Shown here: positions 28,460 to 41,800 of the stretch, piece by piece
Layout of the letters: the number at the start of each line of letters is the position of its first letter
Numbering within the stretch: position 1 is the stretch's first letter
Assembly (NCBI RefSeq): GCF_009914755.1
Contig: NC_060928.1
Length of the DNA stretch: 64,000 bases
Strand: one strand, 5' to 3'
From: the human T2T-CHM13v2.0 reference genome, Homo sapiens
Translations under genes and position numbers: made by a program
The notes under the pieces: model-generated
Database searches by the model: none
Seen by the model: only the letters and a program-made list of their open reading frames with translations
What the model was told of the DNA's origin: nothing

Positions 28460-29037
28460 CAGAAGACTCCCCAAATGGATCTGTAGAATATTGTAATTTC
28501 TATCAAAATGCACACAAGGATTTTTGTGGACATAGGCAAGTTCCTCCTAAACTTTATGTAGAAAAGCACAGGACTAGAATAGCTAAAACAACCTTGAAAA
28601 ATAAGAATAAAGTAGAAGGAATTACTCTACCTGCTATTAATGCTTACTATATGGCTACATTGATAAAAAAGCAATGTGGTATTGGTGAAGAAATTGACAC
28701 ATACATCAGTGAAAGAGAATAGAAAAAGCAGAACTTGACCCCTACAAACATACCCAAATTTTTGACAAAAATGTAAAAGCAATTCAGTGGAATTATGCTG
28801 AGTGGAAAAGGCCAATCCCAAATTTTCCATAATATATTATTCCATTTATATAACATTTTAAAATGACAAAATTATAGGATGAAGAATAGATTAGTGGTTG
28901 CCAGGTTTATGGAAGTTGGAGGGTGGGAGGTGGCTGTTGCTATAGAAGGGTAGCACAAGGAATACTTATGATAAAACTGTTATTTTGACTGTAGTCATGG
29001 TCAAAGAATCTACATGTGTTATAAAATGCATAGAACT

Positions 29038-29077
<40 letters not shown>

Positions 29078-29760
29078 CTGTTGAAATCTGAATAAGCTCA
29101 GTGGATTGTATCAGTGTCAAACTCCTGCTTGTGGTATTGTACTGTAGTTACGCAGGATGTTACCTTTGAGTGAATGGCACATAGGCTCTTCATTGTATGA
29201 TTTCTTACAACTATGTGTGAGTCTGTAGTTATCTCAAAATAAAATGTTAAAAAAAAGCAGGAGACAGACTATAAATGGTTTGATCTTCGTCTTCTATTTT
29301 TTTTAGTTCCTATTGAAAAAAACATTGTAAGCTTTCAAATACTACATTTGGATGATAGCCTTATGAAAGATTTTGTGGTTTGATGCATGCAAATTATTGC
29401 TTTAAAAACATATGACCAGTTAGTCAACATAATCAACTTATGTTACCAATCAGCACTGTAATTAAGAAATAAGAACATGATACCAAAATAAACTCAAAAT
29501 AGATCAGAGACCTAAATGTAAAACTTTAAGCAATAAAATATCTAGAATAAAATAGGAGGAAATCTTTGTGACCTTGTTTAGGAAAAGATAAAATTCATAG
29601 ATCAGACCTCATAAAAATTAAGAAATTCAAAAACCAGTACTGAGGGAATGAAAAGACAAACCATAGATAGGGGGACAGTATGTTCAAACTACACATCTGA
29701 TAAACAACTTGTATTCAGAATGTATCAAAACATCTCAAAACTCAGTGTACAAACAACCCA
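28460..29760 (+). mobile_element. Old L1M fragments (ORF2 about 28460-28790, L1MC/MD 3'UTR about 28790-29256, ORF2 about 29480-29760)
   Basis: gaatagctaaaacaaccttgaaaa; attatgctgagtggaaaaggccaatcc; tctcaaaataaaatgttaaaaaaaa; aactcaaaatagatcagagacctaaatgtaaaac. Confidence 0.8.
29041..29074. repeat. (CA)n microsatellite
   Basis: Seen directly. Confidence 0.97.
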
Positions 29761-30108
29761 GAAAAGTACTTACAGCCAGATTAGCTTTGCAGCATATGTC
29801 CCCTGGGCCCTGCAACCCTGTAGATTGATGCAGTGAGAGCCAAATGGAGACATCTCTTACATGATTGTCAGATTTTACTTGTTGAATGAGGAAAACAGAA
29901 AAAAATACATTTTTGTGCTTTTAAAGGGAAAAGAAACCAACTTCCCCTCTTCCCTTCTGAGAGAGGCTCCTTGGATATGTAATGGAAGAAATGCACACTC
30001 TAGCTCTTTGATATATAAATAATTCTCTCTAGGAACCAAATAAGTTCAGTATCTCCAGGTTTCACAACATAGAGATGTCTCTAAAGTTCTGGGACCAATT
30101 TCTTTTGA

Positions 30109-30447
<339 letters not shown>

Positions 30448-30656
30448 TAATCTAAATATTTCTAAGAGAAGTGAAACAAACATTCTTTATCTTATACTAT
30501 ACATATTTCCATGTTTCATGGACCTGCAGCTTTGAAACATGGGAATAAATCCAGGTTTATTTTCTCACAGTTACATTATGCTAAAATTAGAATATTTGTT
30601 CCTCAATTTCAGCTGAGATCCAAAGATAGAACATACCAATTTGTTCTAGTGTCAAC

Positions 30657-31422
30657 TGTATTGAACTAGGAGCTATGTTCTCCATAATCTCCTTAATCTG
30701 TATACTTCCAGCTTAGAGTTGGATAAGAGAGGAAATCCCATATTAGGAGGTTAAAGGGAATCAGGGGCCTTTACTCTCAGAAAGATCTAAGTTTGAGAGT
30801 CACTGACAACTACAGAGGCGCTCGGCTTTTCCTCACTTTCCTCTACTCCACCAGCTCTTCTTCCCAACTGTTGACCTTGAGGACCAACAGCGGTTCCAAG
30901 CCTGCCCCCAGTTGCAGATAACAGAGGCCACACTGAGACATCTTCCCCATAGATCCCTCCACAACCTCCCTTATACAGTCCCTCTAAGGAAGCTCAACTT
31001 GCTTGTCTACTCAGATGTCACTGCCAACTCCTAGTGGTCCTCTGCTCCAGTGCTTCAAGATGACTGTTTAATGACTTTATCTGCAATACTCCAAAACTTC
31101 CCTCTGAAAATTCACCTCCCCAGCAATTCCTACTCTTGTCTAAGACAGGAACGGGCAAAGTATCTACAGTCCCATTGCTTATTTTTTAAAAGAAAATTTT
31201 ATTAAAACGATTATTCCCATTTGTTTCTGTATCATCTGTGGCTGCTTTCTGCTATACAACAGAATTGAGTAGTTGTGACAGAAGCCTTCGGGCCTGCAAA
31301 CCCAAAATATTTACTGCTGGCTCTTTACAGAAAAGGTGTTGATGTCTGCTGTAATGTATAATTCCTATAAAAATTCCATATTCCATTATGTTTCTCCCTT
31401 CCTGACTGAACCTTCACTGATG
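30657..31422. mobile_element. Old ERVL-type LTR (LTR33/41-like), split by MER58
   Basis: tgtattgaactagg start; ttcctgactgaaccttcactga end; subfamily uncertain. Confidence 0.5.
31146..31350. mobile_element. MER58A hAT MITE
   Basis: tctgtggctgctttc...agaattgagtagttgtgacaga...ggcctgcaaacccaaaatatttact...ctttacagaaaa. Confidence 0.85.
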
Positions 31423-31479
31423 TTCTCACTTAAATAGGACATGTAAAGAAGATGGCTAATAATTGATTTAAGAATTGTT

Positions 31480-31777
31480 TTTTTTTTTTTTTGAGACTGA
31501 GGTCTTGCTCTGTCACCCAGGCTGGAATGCAGTGGCATGGTCAAGCTCACTGCAGCCTCAATTGCCCAGGCTCAAGCGATTCTCCCACCTCAGCCTCCTA
31601 AGTAGCTAGGACTACAGATGCATGCCACCACACCTGGCTAATTTTTTCTATTTTTTTGTGGAGATGGGGATCTTGCTATGTTGCCTAAGCTTGTCTTGAG
31701 CCTCTGGGCTCAAGCAGTCCTCCCGCCTTGGCCTCCAAAAATGCTAGGATTACAGGCATGAGCCACCACACTCAGCC
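31480..31777 (-). mobile_element. AluJ SINE
   Basis: gctcactgcagcctcaa...ctcaagcgattctcccacctcagcc...ctgggctcaagcagtcctccc; TSD tgatttaa(g/t)aa(t/c)tgtt at 31464-31479 and 31778-31793. Confidence 0.96.
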
Positions 31778-32339
31778 TGATTTAATAACTGTTAGTTCAT
31801 CTCCAAATAGGCACCCCTAAAAAGTTTTACAGAGGTTTAGAGTCCAGTGAACAATTGGAGAGGGAATTTCCTTGAAAAACATTTTGTTGAACAGCTGTGG
31901 CATTCTCCCTTGCCCACAGTTTTTCCATCCCACTACCATATTCTTACACATTTTATAGGCAAGACACAGGGATATTCTAAGATCAAGCCTTGTCAGGGAG
32001 TGGGATGAGGGTTGGAGTAGCTTTAAGTAGACCACATAAGTTTGATACTAGAGACTTGTAACTGCAGACTTAACTGGCAAGAGACTGGCTATGGTGCCTA
32101 TGGCAGCAAAGTACATAATTGTGTTTGGAAAGTAACTGTATTCCCATCACAACTTCAAAAAGGATGCACGTCTCCCAGATAATACATATGGAACCTGATG
32201 TAGAGACATCAGCATAAGACTAATTTAGAAAGAACCACTTTCAAGACAACTTCCTTCAAGGAATAGGAGGAGCTCAGCAAAAAGACTGGAATTGTTCCAT
32301 TCAATGAAGAAGCCAAGGGGCTAGGTATATCCTCTCTGA

Positions 32340-34240
32340 GTCTCTCTTTAATTCATTCCAATCAGGCTGTCTGCCTACCTGCTCTAGCAAAGATAATCTT
32401 TTCTAGTTCATCTGGAATATCTATTTTGCCAAATTCAATGACTACTCTTTGGTCCTCATTTTACTCAACTTGTTTTTCTTAAACTGACATTTTATTTTAT
32501 TTATACACTATATAATTTGTTATAGATTTTTATTGTTTATATTTATGGTGTACATTGATGGTTTGATATATATGTATTGTGGAATGATTACATCAGGCTG
32601 ATTAATATATCTATCACCTCATATAAATCTGCATCTTTTTTTGTGATGAGAACATTTAGAATCTACTATCTTAGCATTCTTAAGTATACGCTACATTATT
32701 ATTAACTGTAATTACCTCGATGTACAATAGATATCCAGGCTTAATCTCCTAACTAACTGAAACCTTGTATCCTTTGATCAACATCTCCCCATTCCACCTG
32801 CCCACCCCAGCCCCCACTCCCTGGTAGCCCCTATTTTCCAATCTACCTCTCTAAGTTAGACTTCTTTATATTCCACATATAATTGCTATCATGCAGCACA
32901 TTTCTTTCTGTACCCAGCTTATTTAACTTAACATAATGTCCTTTAGGTTCATCTGCGTTGTTGCAAATAACAGGATTTTCTTTAAAAAAACAAAACCTGA
33001 ATAGTATTCCACTGTTTGTATGTGTATACATTCATATGTATATGTGTGTGTGTGTATAAACAACAGATAAATTGATAAAAAGTGACATATATATCACACT
33101 TGAATAATGGCTACTGTGAATAATGCTCCAATGAACACAGAAGTCCAGTTATCTCTTCGAGATACTGATTTAATTTCCTTTGACTCTATACCCATAAGTG
33201 GAATTTCTGAATCATATGGTCATTCTATTTTTCATTTTTTGAGAACTCTCCATACTGTTTTCTATAATGGTTGTATTAATTTATATTTCTACCAACAGCA
33301 TACAAGGGTTCTCTTTTGTCCACATCCTTCCAACACTTGTTATATTTTGTCTTTTTGATAATAGCCCTTCTGATAGATGTGAAGTAGTATTTCATTGTAG
33401 TTTTAATTTGAATTTCCCTGATGATTACTGGTGTTTGGCAGTTTTTCAGTACCTTAGCAGCATTTGAGTATTTGCCATCAGTGACAACTGTCTCCTTTTT
33501 GAAATACTTTATTGGCTTTAGGAACACCATGTTCTCCTGGTTTTGTTGTACCTCACTTTCTGTTCTCAATTTCTTTTGCTGGATTCACTTCCTCTGCCTA
33601 AACTCTAAATATTGCAGGACTCTGAGCTTGACTCTGGGCCCCTCTCTTCTCATCGACCTTCTTTTCATAGGTGATGTTTTCTGATTCCACAGTTTAAAAT
33701 ACCATCAATATGCTAATAATTCCCAAATTGATCTCATTATCTTCTATCTCTCCTCTAAGCTCTCAGCTCATAAAACCAAGCACTTTAAGTCTCCACTAGG
33801 CTCTCTAAAAGGCATCTTATATTTAGTACGGCCAAAACATAACAGGCTTTCCAACATAGGTAAATGTTACTGCATTCCATTCAGTTCTCAAGTCAAAGCT
33901 AGAGTGTGTTTGCTTGCTCTCTTCCTTTCTACTCAAGTCAGATCCAATACATTGTCAAAGTCAACACTACCACCACCAAAGATCACCCATCCATCCTTTT
34001 CTCTATATTTATAATGCTATCACCTAACCTAAGACAGCAACATCTTCCATGTAAACTACTAGAATCACTTCTTAACGACTTTCCTGCTTCTATTCTTGCT
34101 CCTCTCCTCTGCCCAAACCATTCTATATAACAATCAGAAACATCTTTTAAAAATGTAAAGCAGGTAATTTTCTCCCCAGTTTGAAACACTTCATATTAGG
34201 AAAAAATTCATTTCCTTTACCATGGCTTGTAAAAATTTAC
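32340..34240 (+). mobile_element. L2 body, split by L1MA
   Basis: tgccaaattcaatgactactctttggtcctcatttt | cttagcagcatttga...ctccttttgaaatac...tctcctctaagctc. Confidence 0.75.
32485..33435 (-). mobile_element. L1MA (about MA8-9) 3' end
   Basis: gtgatgagaacatttagaatctact...aactgaaaccttgtatcctttga...ttttttgagaactctccatactg. Confidence 0.88.
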
Positions 34241-34609
34241 TTAAAACTGATTTGATATTTGCAGTCTCTTATCTCAACTCCACAAAAGAATAGAAAACAG
34301 TATGTTGTAGCTGGGAAACTGCAAAACATTAATATGGCTGAGGATAAAGGTAGATATGTGAAACTTTGGAAGGTGATGAGACTGAAAATATAGAAAGGAT
34401 GAAATTGAAAAAGACTTAGGAACTTAGAAGTTGAGACTTTCCTCAAGGAATTTGAACAATAAAATGACTATATCAAAAATTACACATTTTTAAGACCAAC
34501 TGGCAATAAACTAACTTTGGTTTATCAATGATAAACAGTGCCTCAGATTAATCATTTTAGCAGATGTTTTAGGTGACCCACTCATTCTTTCAGCCCACGT
34601 CTGATTTCA

Positions 34610-34993
34610 GCAACAGCTGTGGTGAACAATTTCTGCAAACAATGTCAACTTTTCATCTCAAAAGAGGCCCACTCTCAGCGTTTGTGCTTCAGTGCTTTCC
34701 TGAAAGCAGCAGGTCTCTCAACCTGGAATGAGGGACACTGAATGCCTTAAGGGTGTCTGGAGTCAGTAGATAAATGCCCTGGCCACAGGTCATGATTTCC
34801 ACATATTTACTCAGAGAGCTCTTTTCGCCCACAGCACTAGGCAGCTGGAAAACTGGACTTTATTGAGTTTTCTTCTTTCACTTTCTCATTTACCCTGTTC
34901 ACTCACTCTTGCTTCCTGTAATTGCCTCCCAAATATGGCATCCAAGTCCTTGTTTTAGACTCTGCATTAGGTGGAATCCAAAAATTACAGACA
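34610..34993 (+). mobile_element. LTR16-like old ERVL LTR
   Basis: 3' end tgcttcctg...cctcccaaat...caagtccttgttttagactctgc...ggaatcca...gaca. Confidence 0.6.
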
Positions 34994-37900
34994 ACCATGC
35001 TGTTCTTTATTCGAGAACTATTAGTTGAGAATAATGTGCTTAAAAAAAAAAGTCATTAAGACATTTCATAAAATAGTGGTAAATCTTCTAAGAGTAAAAC
35101 TAGAAATGTATGGGATGAAAAGACAGATACCAACAAATGTTAATACTAGTTAGTACTATTTTCCACATTCTTCAGCCCATATTAGTTTTTTTGGTAGCTA
35201 TTTCAACTGACATGAGGTGGCTCTCAGCTGAACATGGAGTTATTGTTTGCTCTCAGTTTCGTATCTTATATAATAGCAGTGTCAAAATCCTGTGAAATCT
35301 GAGCAATCTTCAGCTGTGAAGGACAAGGGAAGAAAGTCTTTTGAGACAAAGGGCTCGTAACTTGGATTCTTGTTTTTTATATGTATATTTTGCATTTCAA
35401 GCTTCAGCCACAAGCTTTTTTTTCCCCAGCATATATTTTATGTTTTTTCTCTTTCTCTTACATGCCTTAATCTACTTCTTCTTTTGTTCAACTAAATGTA
35501 TGCCATGTTGAGATCCTCATAGCATAAAACCTTTCATTTCAGAGTTGTTTCTGCATAATTGCCTAGGCAAATGGTATTCTACCATTAAATTGTTTCACTT
35601 TTTATTGACATCATTACTGATTAAGGAGGACAACTAAATTATGTTAGGTTCAATTAAGTAGGCTGATGGGACAATCCAGATGTAAAGAAATGCTAGTTAT
35701 GTAATTTTTAAAAAAGCCTCTGAACCCTCCTACACTGACTACATTTCCATCCCACTCTTCAGCACATGATTTTTTTACAGCAAACTAAAGTTTTTAAATG
35801 AAACTAATGGTTAAAAATTAAATTATCTTTTTGGTAAGTCCTAAAAGTACAAGTTTAGTGTATATACATATTGTCACAGCAAGCCAAAATCTAAGAAGAA
35901 ACAATGGAGGGAAAACATGGATTTCTTTGTCTTATAAACTGGAAGAGAGCAGGTGCTTTGTCTGATTTGCTTGATACATACCAAGAAGATGCTCAATAAT
36001 GATCACTCGTTATCAATGTGCCATTGGTTATCACATCACAAGGTTATTATGAGCATTCTTTATATTAAATAATGGATAGAAGATTACTAAATACCAAGCA
36101 CATTGTAAGTGTAAAATAAATGTGTTTTCCTTGGTATGCCCTATTCTCATTTGTTGATTAATGCAGCAATCATTGCTTTATATTGAAGGTTGAAAATAAA
36201 TTTAAATAAATAGTCTGTGAACTAGCGAAGTCCATAAAAAAAGGTTTAGATCCTTGTTGTTTTGCAGTGTGGTAATGGTTTCAGCTTTCTTAAGCTCTCC
36301 TAAGTAGGTAGCAGTCATCTTACGTAGATAGCAGTCTGATGGACCAGAACATGGATATCACTAATAACTCTGTATTTCTGTCTCACTGTAAGCAGGCTAC
36401 ATTATTTTCAACTATTTTTGCCACCTATAGTGCTCTATTTAGAACCTCTTAGAATGTAAGCTAGCAAACTGACAATTAAAAATTAGGTCTTAATTAAGTA
36501 AGGGTCTTGTGAAAATTTAGTTATTAAATATGTAATTTATATGTTTATTCTGATTTTCTTGATGATTATAAGGAAATAACTATATGTCTATTCACTTCAG
36601 TATTTTTAACTAGTTAACAGAGAAAAAAGTTGAAATTAATGATTTACATTAGTTAGTTCTGTTTAGTATCCAGAATACTTTAAAATCTCATTAACCATAT
36701 TGTATGCTATCCTTCAATAATGGATCCCCTTAAATAAAAAATATTTTGGAACAGTTGATTGCTAATGCAGAATAAATAGTAAAACAATTGTTGGTAGAGA
36801 TTGAGCTCCATATAAATGTAAGATGACACCATGTTTAATAAAGAGTTATGCATCCCATGGGAACACAAAAATATATTTCCTAGATTACTGAACTGATGAT
36901 AAACTATGATATGCACATTTAATAATAATAAAGTTAGTAAGTATTTTGTCAAGTCTGTAATATCTGCATAAACATTCTGACAGAGAAATTGGGAGAGAAA
37001 AAGAAAATAAAGCCTTTATTTTCACATTTAGCATTAGAAGAGTGGTAGACTCCACCAGAAATACCAACTTGGGTTGAAAGAGACCATTTTGCGCTAAGCT
37101 TATATTGATGATGTACGTATTTTGATGTGAGGATTTTGCCTTGAAGGTACATGCCAGCTCGTAGGAGTTCGATTTAACATTCACCTCTAAGCACTGAAAA
37201 ATCTGGGTTATGGTCAACGCAGCAGCTTGCTACAAATAAAATTAAGACTCACCTGAGATTCTATGAATTGCTTTACTAAAAGCCTGGTTGTTTAACATTG
37301 TTGCTAAAGTTCTGGGAAGAAAATCCAAACACAACATATAAAAATAAATTTCCATGGCTCCTACTGTTTCCTTTGGAAAGGCAGATAATACAATTCTTAT
37401 TGCCTTTTATTTACAGATATTGTTACAGGAAAGATAGATTTGACTAAAAATGTCATCTAGGAAAATTTTAACCAAAATTAGAAATTTTGCTAGTGATCTG
37501 GGTTGCTAAGAATCTAAGCATTAATACATGATGGTCTTGTGTAGGTAATCTTCAGTTGTGATGGATGAGAGCCCCTGTATAGGATGTGGAAGGAAAGAAT
37601 TCAGAGAAATAAGCTAATATCTGAGTAATAAATTTAACAGAAATTTGAGAATGTCCCTAGATAAGGCTGAAGATAAAGGAGAACTTTGCTGCTTTTTAGA
37701 AAGGAGTGGTCAGGACTGATGGAAGAAGGGAGAAAATGGAAGGGACTGGAGAGTGTGAGAACGGTTCCCACAGGCTGAGATTAAGGAAATTAACTTTTCC
37801 CTTGAAGAAAACATTTTTTTCATGGTAGCAATGACAGAAGAACTTTGTGAAAAATGTTATCTAAAGTCCAATTTAAGGCTGTTTCATTTCTGGTTCTGCT

Positions 37901-38543
37901 GCATTTTTCTGGCATCATCCCCCCAAAAATAGCCATGCAAAAGTGTACCTTGAAAATTAAATGGGAGGTCAAGAAAGCCAAAGAGGGGAGAATTTAGTGA
38001 GAGCCAGAACCTGGGACCAGAAGAGAGACCAAATACCTCTTTTCACTACTTAATTTCCTCAAATTCCGAGAGAGAGAGAACTGGATTTATCACAGTCCAC
38101 TGGGTAGGATAATAGCGACTTAAAATAGACATTAACAAAAAGGCTTATCTCAGAAGTATAGATAAAAGTAAAGTACACATTTTTTTGTATGATTATTAGT
38201 TAGGTAATGAATGGGTGAATTTCTTGGGCTGCCTCACTAATTTGTGAACTATGTTGCGTATTTATTTAACTCTATATTTCTACCACATTCTTCTTTTCTT
38301 TCCTGAGTGTCTCTAACATATTGATGAAAATGTGTAGGTTTTGACCTTTAAGGGAAGATGAATTTTAAGGAGCAGATTTTAAAAAAATTATTCAAAGTAA
38401 GTAATATAGCTTACATTTTAAAGATAGTTTATAGAATATACATATATATATAGACATATGTAGAGAGACTATATGAAGGCATACATACTTCTATGTGTAT
38501 GTTTGCTTTTGTAGATTTGAAGAATTGTATTTCTTTTATTTTT

Positions 38544-38818
38544 TAATTTATAAAGAAAAGAGGTTTAACTGACTCACAGCTCCACATAGCTAGGGAGGCT
38601 TCAGGAAACTTACCAATAGTGGCAGAAGGCAAAGGGGAAGCAACACGTCTTACATGGCAGCAGGAGAGAGAGAGAGTAAAGGAGGGAGTGCCACTTTTAA
38701 AACCATCAGATTTCCCAAGAATACACTCATTATCACAAGAACAGCTTGGGGGAAACTACCCCCATGATCCAATCACCTTCCACCAGGCCCCTCCCTTGAC
38801 ATGTGGGGAAAACAATTC
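38544..38818 (-). mobile_element. MSTA/THE1D-like LTR fragment lacking both termini (transduced by the adjacent L1)
   Basis: taatttataaagaaaagaggtttaactgactcacag...cccatgatccaatcaccttccaccagg...acaattc. Confidence 0.9.
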
Positions 38819-41800
38819 TTTTTTTTTTCAATAGGTTTTGGGGGAACACGTGGTATTTGGTTACATGAATAAGTTCTTCAGTGGTAATTTCTGAGATTTT
38901 GGTGCACTCATCACTTGAGCAGCCTACATTGTACCCAGCGTGTAGTCTTTTATCCCTCAACCCTCTCCCACCCTTTCCACTGAGTCCTCAAAATCCATTG
39001 TATCATTCTTATGCCTTTATGTCCTCATAGCTTAGCTCCCACTTATGAGTGAGAACATAACGATGTTTGGTTTTCCATTTCTGAGTTACTTCACTTAAAA
39101 TAATGGTTTTCAATCTTATCCAGGTTGCTGCAAATATCATTATGTTGTTCCTTTTTATGGTGAGTAGTATTCTATGGTATATATGTACCACATTTTCTTT
39201 ATCCAATTGTTGATTGATGGGCATTTGGCTGGTTCCATATTTTTGCAATTGCGAGTTGTACTGCTATAAACGTCTGTGTGTATCTTTTCCATATAATGGC
39301 TTATTTTCCTCTGGGAAGATACCCAGTAGTGGGATTGCTGGATCAAATGGTATATCTACTTTTAGTTCTTAAAGGAATCTTCACACTCTTTTCCATAGTG
39401 GTTGTACTAGGTTACATTCCCACCAACAGTGTTAAAGTGTTCCCTTTTCATCACATTCTTGCCAACATCTATTATTTTTTGATATTTTGATTATGGCCAT
39501 TTTGGCAGGAGTAAGATGGTATCATATTGTGGTTTTGATTTGCATTTCTCTGATAATTAGTGATGTTGAGCATTTTTTCATTTGTTTGTTGGCCATTTGT
39601 ATATCTTCTTTTGAGAGTTGTCTATTCATATCCTTAGCCCACTTTATGATGGGATTTTTTTCTTACTGATTTGTTTGAGTTCCTTGTAGATTCTGGATAT
39701 TAGTCCCTTGTCAGATGCATAGATTACAAATATTTTCTCCCACTCTTTGTGTTACCTGTCTACTCTGCTGATTATTTCTTTGGCTGTGCAGAAGTTTTTT
39801 TACTTTAATTAAGTCCTATCTATTTATCTTTGTTTTTGTTGCATTTGCTTTTGGGTTCTTGGCCATGAAGTCTTTGAATAAGCCAAGGTCTAGAAGGGTT
39901 TTTTTCTAATGTTATCTTCTAGAATTTTTATGGTTTCAGGTCTCAGATTTAAGTCTTTGATCTATCTTGATTTGATTTTTGTATAAGGTGAGAGATGAGG
40001 ATCCAGTTTCATTCTTCTACATGTGGCTTGCCAATTATCCCAGCACCATTTGTTGAATAGGGTGTCCTTTCTCCACTCTTATGTTTTTGTTTGCTTTGTC
40101 GAAGACCAGTTGGCTTTAAGTATGTGGCTTTATTTCAGAGTCCACTATTCTGTTCCATTGGTCTATTGCCTGTCTTTATACAAGTACCATGCTGTTGTGG
40201 TGACTATGGCCTTATAGCATAGTTTGAAGTCAGGTAATGTGATGCCTCCAGATTTATTCTTTTTGCTTCATCTTGCTTTGGCTATGCAGGGTCTTTTTTG
40301 GTTCCATATGAGTTTTAGGATGGTGTTTTCTAGTTCTGTGAAGATTGATGATGGTATTTTGATGTGAATTGCATTGAATTTATAGATTGCTTTTGGTAGT
40401 ATTGTCATTTTTACAGTACTGATTCTACCCATCCATGAGCGTGAGATGTGTTTTTATTAGTTTGTGTCATCTATTATTTCTTTCAGCAGTGTTTTATAGT
40501 TTTCCTTGTAGAGATCTCTCACCCCTCTGGTTATGTATATTCCTAAGTATTTTATTTCCTTTCTCTGCAGCAATTGTAAAAGTGATTGAATTCTTGATTT
40601 GATTCTCAGCTTGGTCACTGTTGGTGTTTAGCAGTGCTACTGATTTGAGTACATTGATTTTGTATTCTGAAACTTTACTGAATTCATTTATGAGATTTAG
40701 AAGCTTTATGGATGAATCTTTACGGTTTTTTAGGTACACGATCATATCATCAGTGAACAGCAGCAGTTTTACTTTCTCTTTACCAATTTGGATGCCTTTT
40801 ATTTCTTTCTGATTGCTCTGGCTAGGACTTCCAGTACTATGTGAAATAGAAGTGGTGAAAGTGGGCATCCTTGTCTTGTTTCAGTTCTCAGAGGAAATGC
40901 TTTCAACTTTTCCCCATTCAGCATAATGTTGGCTGTGGGTTTGTCATAGATAGCTTTTATTACCTTAATTATCTGCCAGTTTTGCTGGGGGTTTTAATCA
41001 TAAACGTTAATCTATTTTAATCATAACGGGATGCTGGATTTTGTCAAATGTTCTTCTGCATCTATTGAGATGATCATATAATTTTTGTTTTTACTTCTCT
41101 TGATGTGGTGTATTACATTTATGGACTTGTGTATGTTCAACCAGCTCTGCATCCCTGGTCTGAAACCCACTTGATCAAGGTGTATTATCTTTTTGATATG
41201 CTGTTGAATTTAGTTAGCTAGTATTTCGTTGAGGATTTTTGCATGTGTGTTCATCAGGGACATTAGTGTGTAGTTTTCTTTTTGTATTATTCTTTCCTGG
41301 TTTTGGTATTAGGGTGAACTGCTTCATAGAACGATTTAGGGAGGATTCCCTCTTTCTCTATCTCTTGGAATAGTGTCAATAGGATTGGTACTAATTCTTC
41401 TTTTAATGTCTGATAGAATTCAGCTGTGAATCCATCTGGTCCTGCACTTTTTATTTGTTGGCAATTTTTAAATCACCAATTTACCACTGCTCACTGCTTG
41501 TTATTAGTCTGTTCAGTGTTTCTACTTCTTCTGGTTTAATCTAGGAGGGTTGTACATATCCAAGAATTTATCCATCTCCTCTAGGTTTTCTAGTGTATGT
41601 GTGAAAAGGCATTCATCGTAGCCTTGAGTAAACTTTTGTATTTCTGTAGTGTCGGTTGTAATATATCCTGTTTTGTTTTTAATTGAGTTTATTTGGACTT
41701 TCTGTCTTCTTTTCTTGGTTAGTCTCACTAATGTTCTATCAATTTTATTTACCTTTTCAAAGAATCAGCTGTTTGTTTCATTTATGTTTTGTATTTTTTG

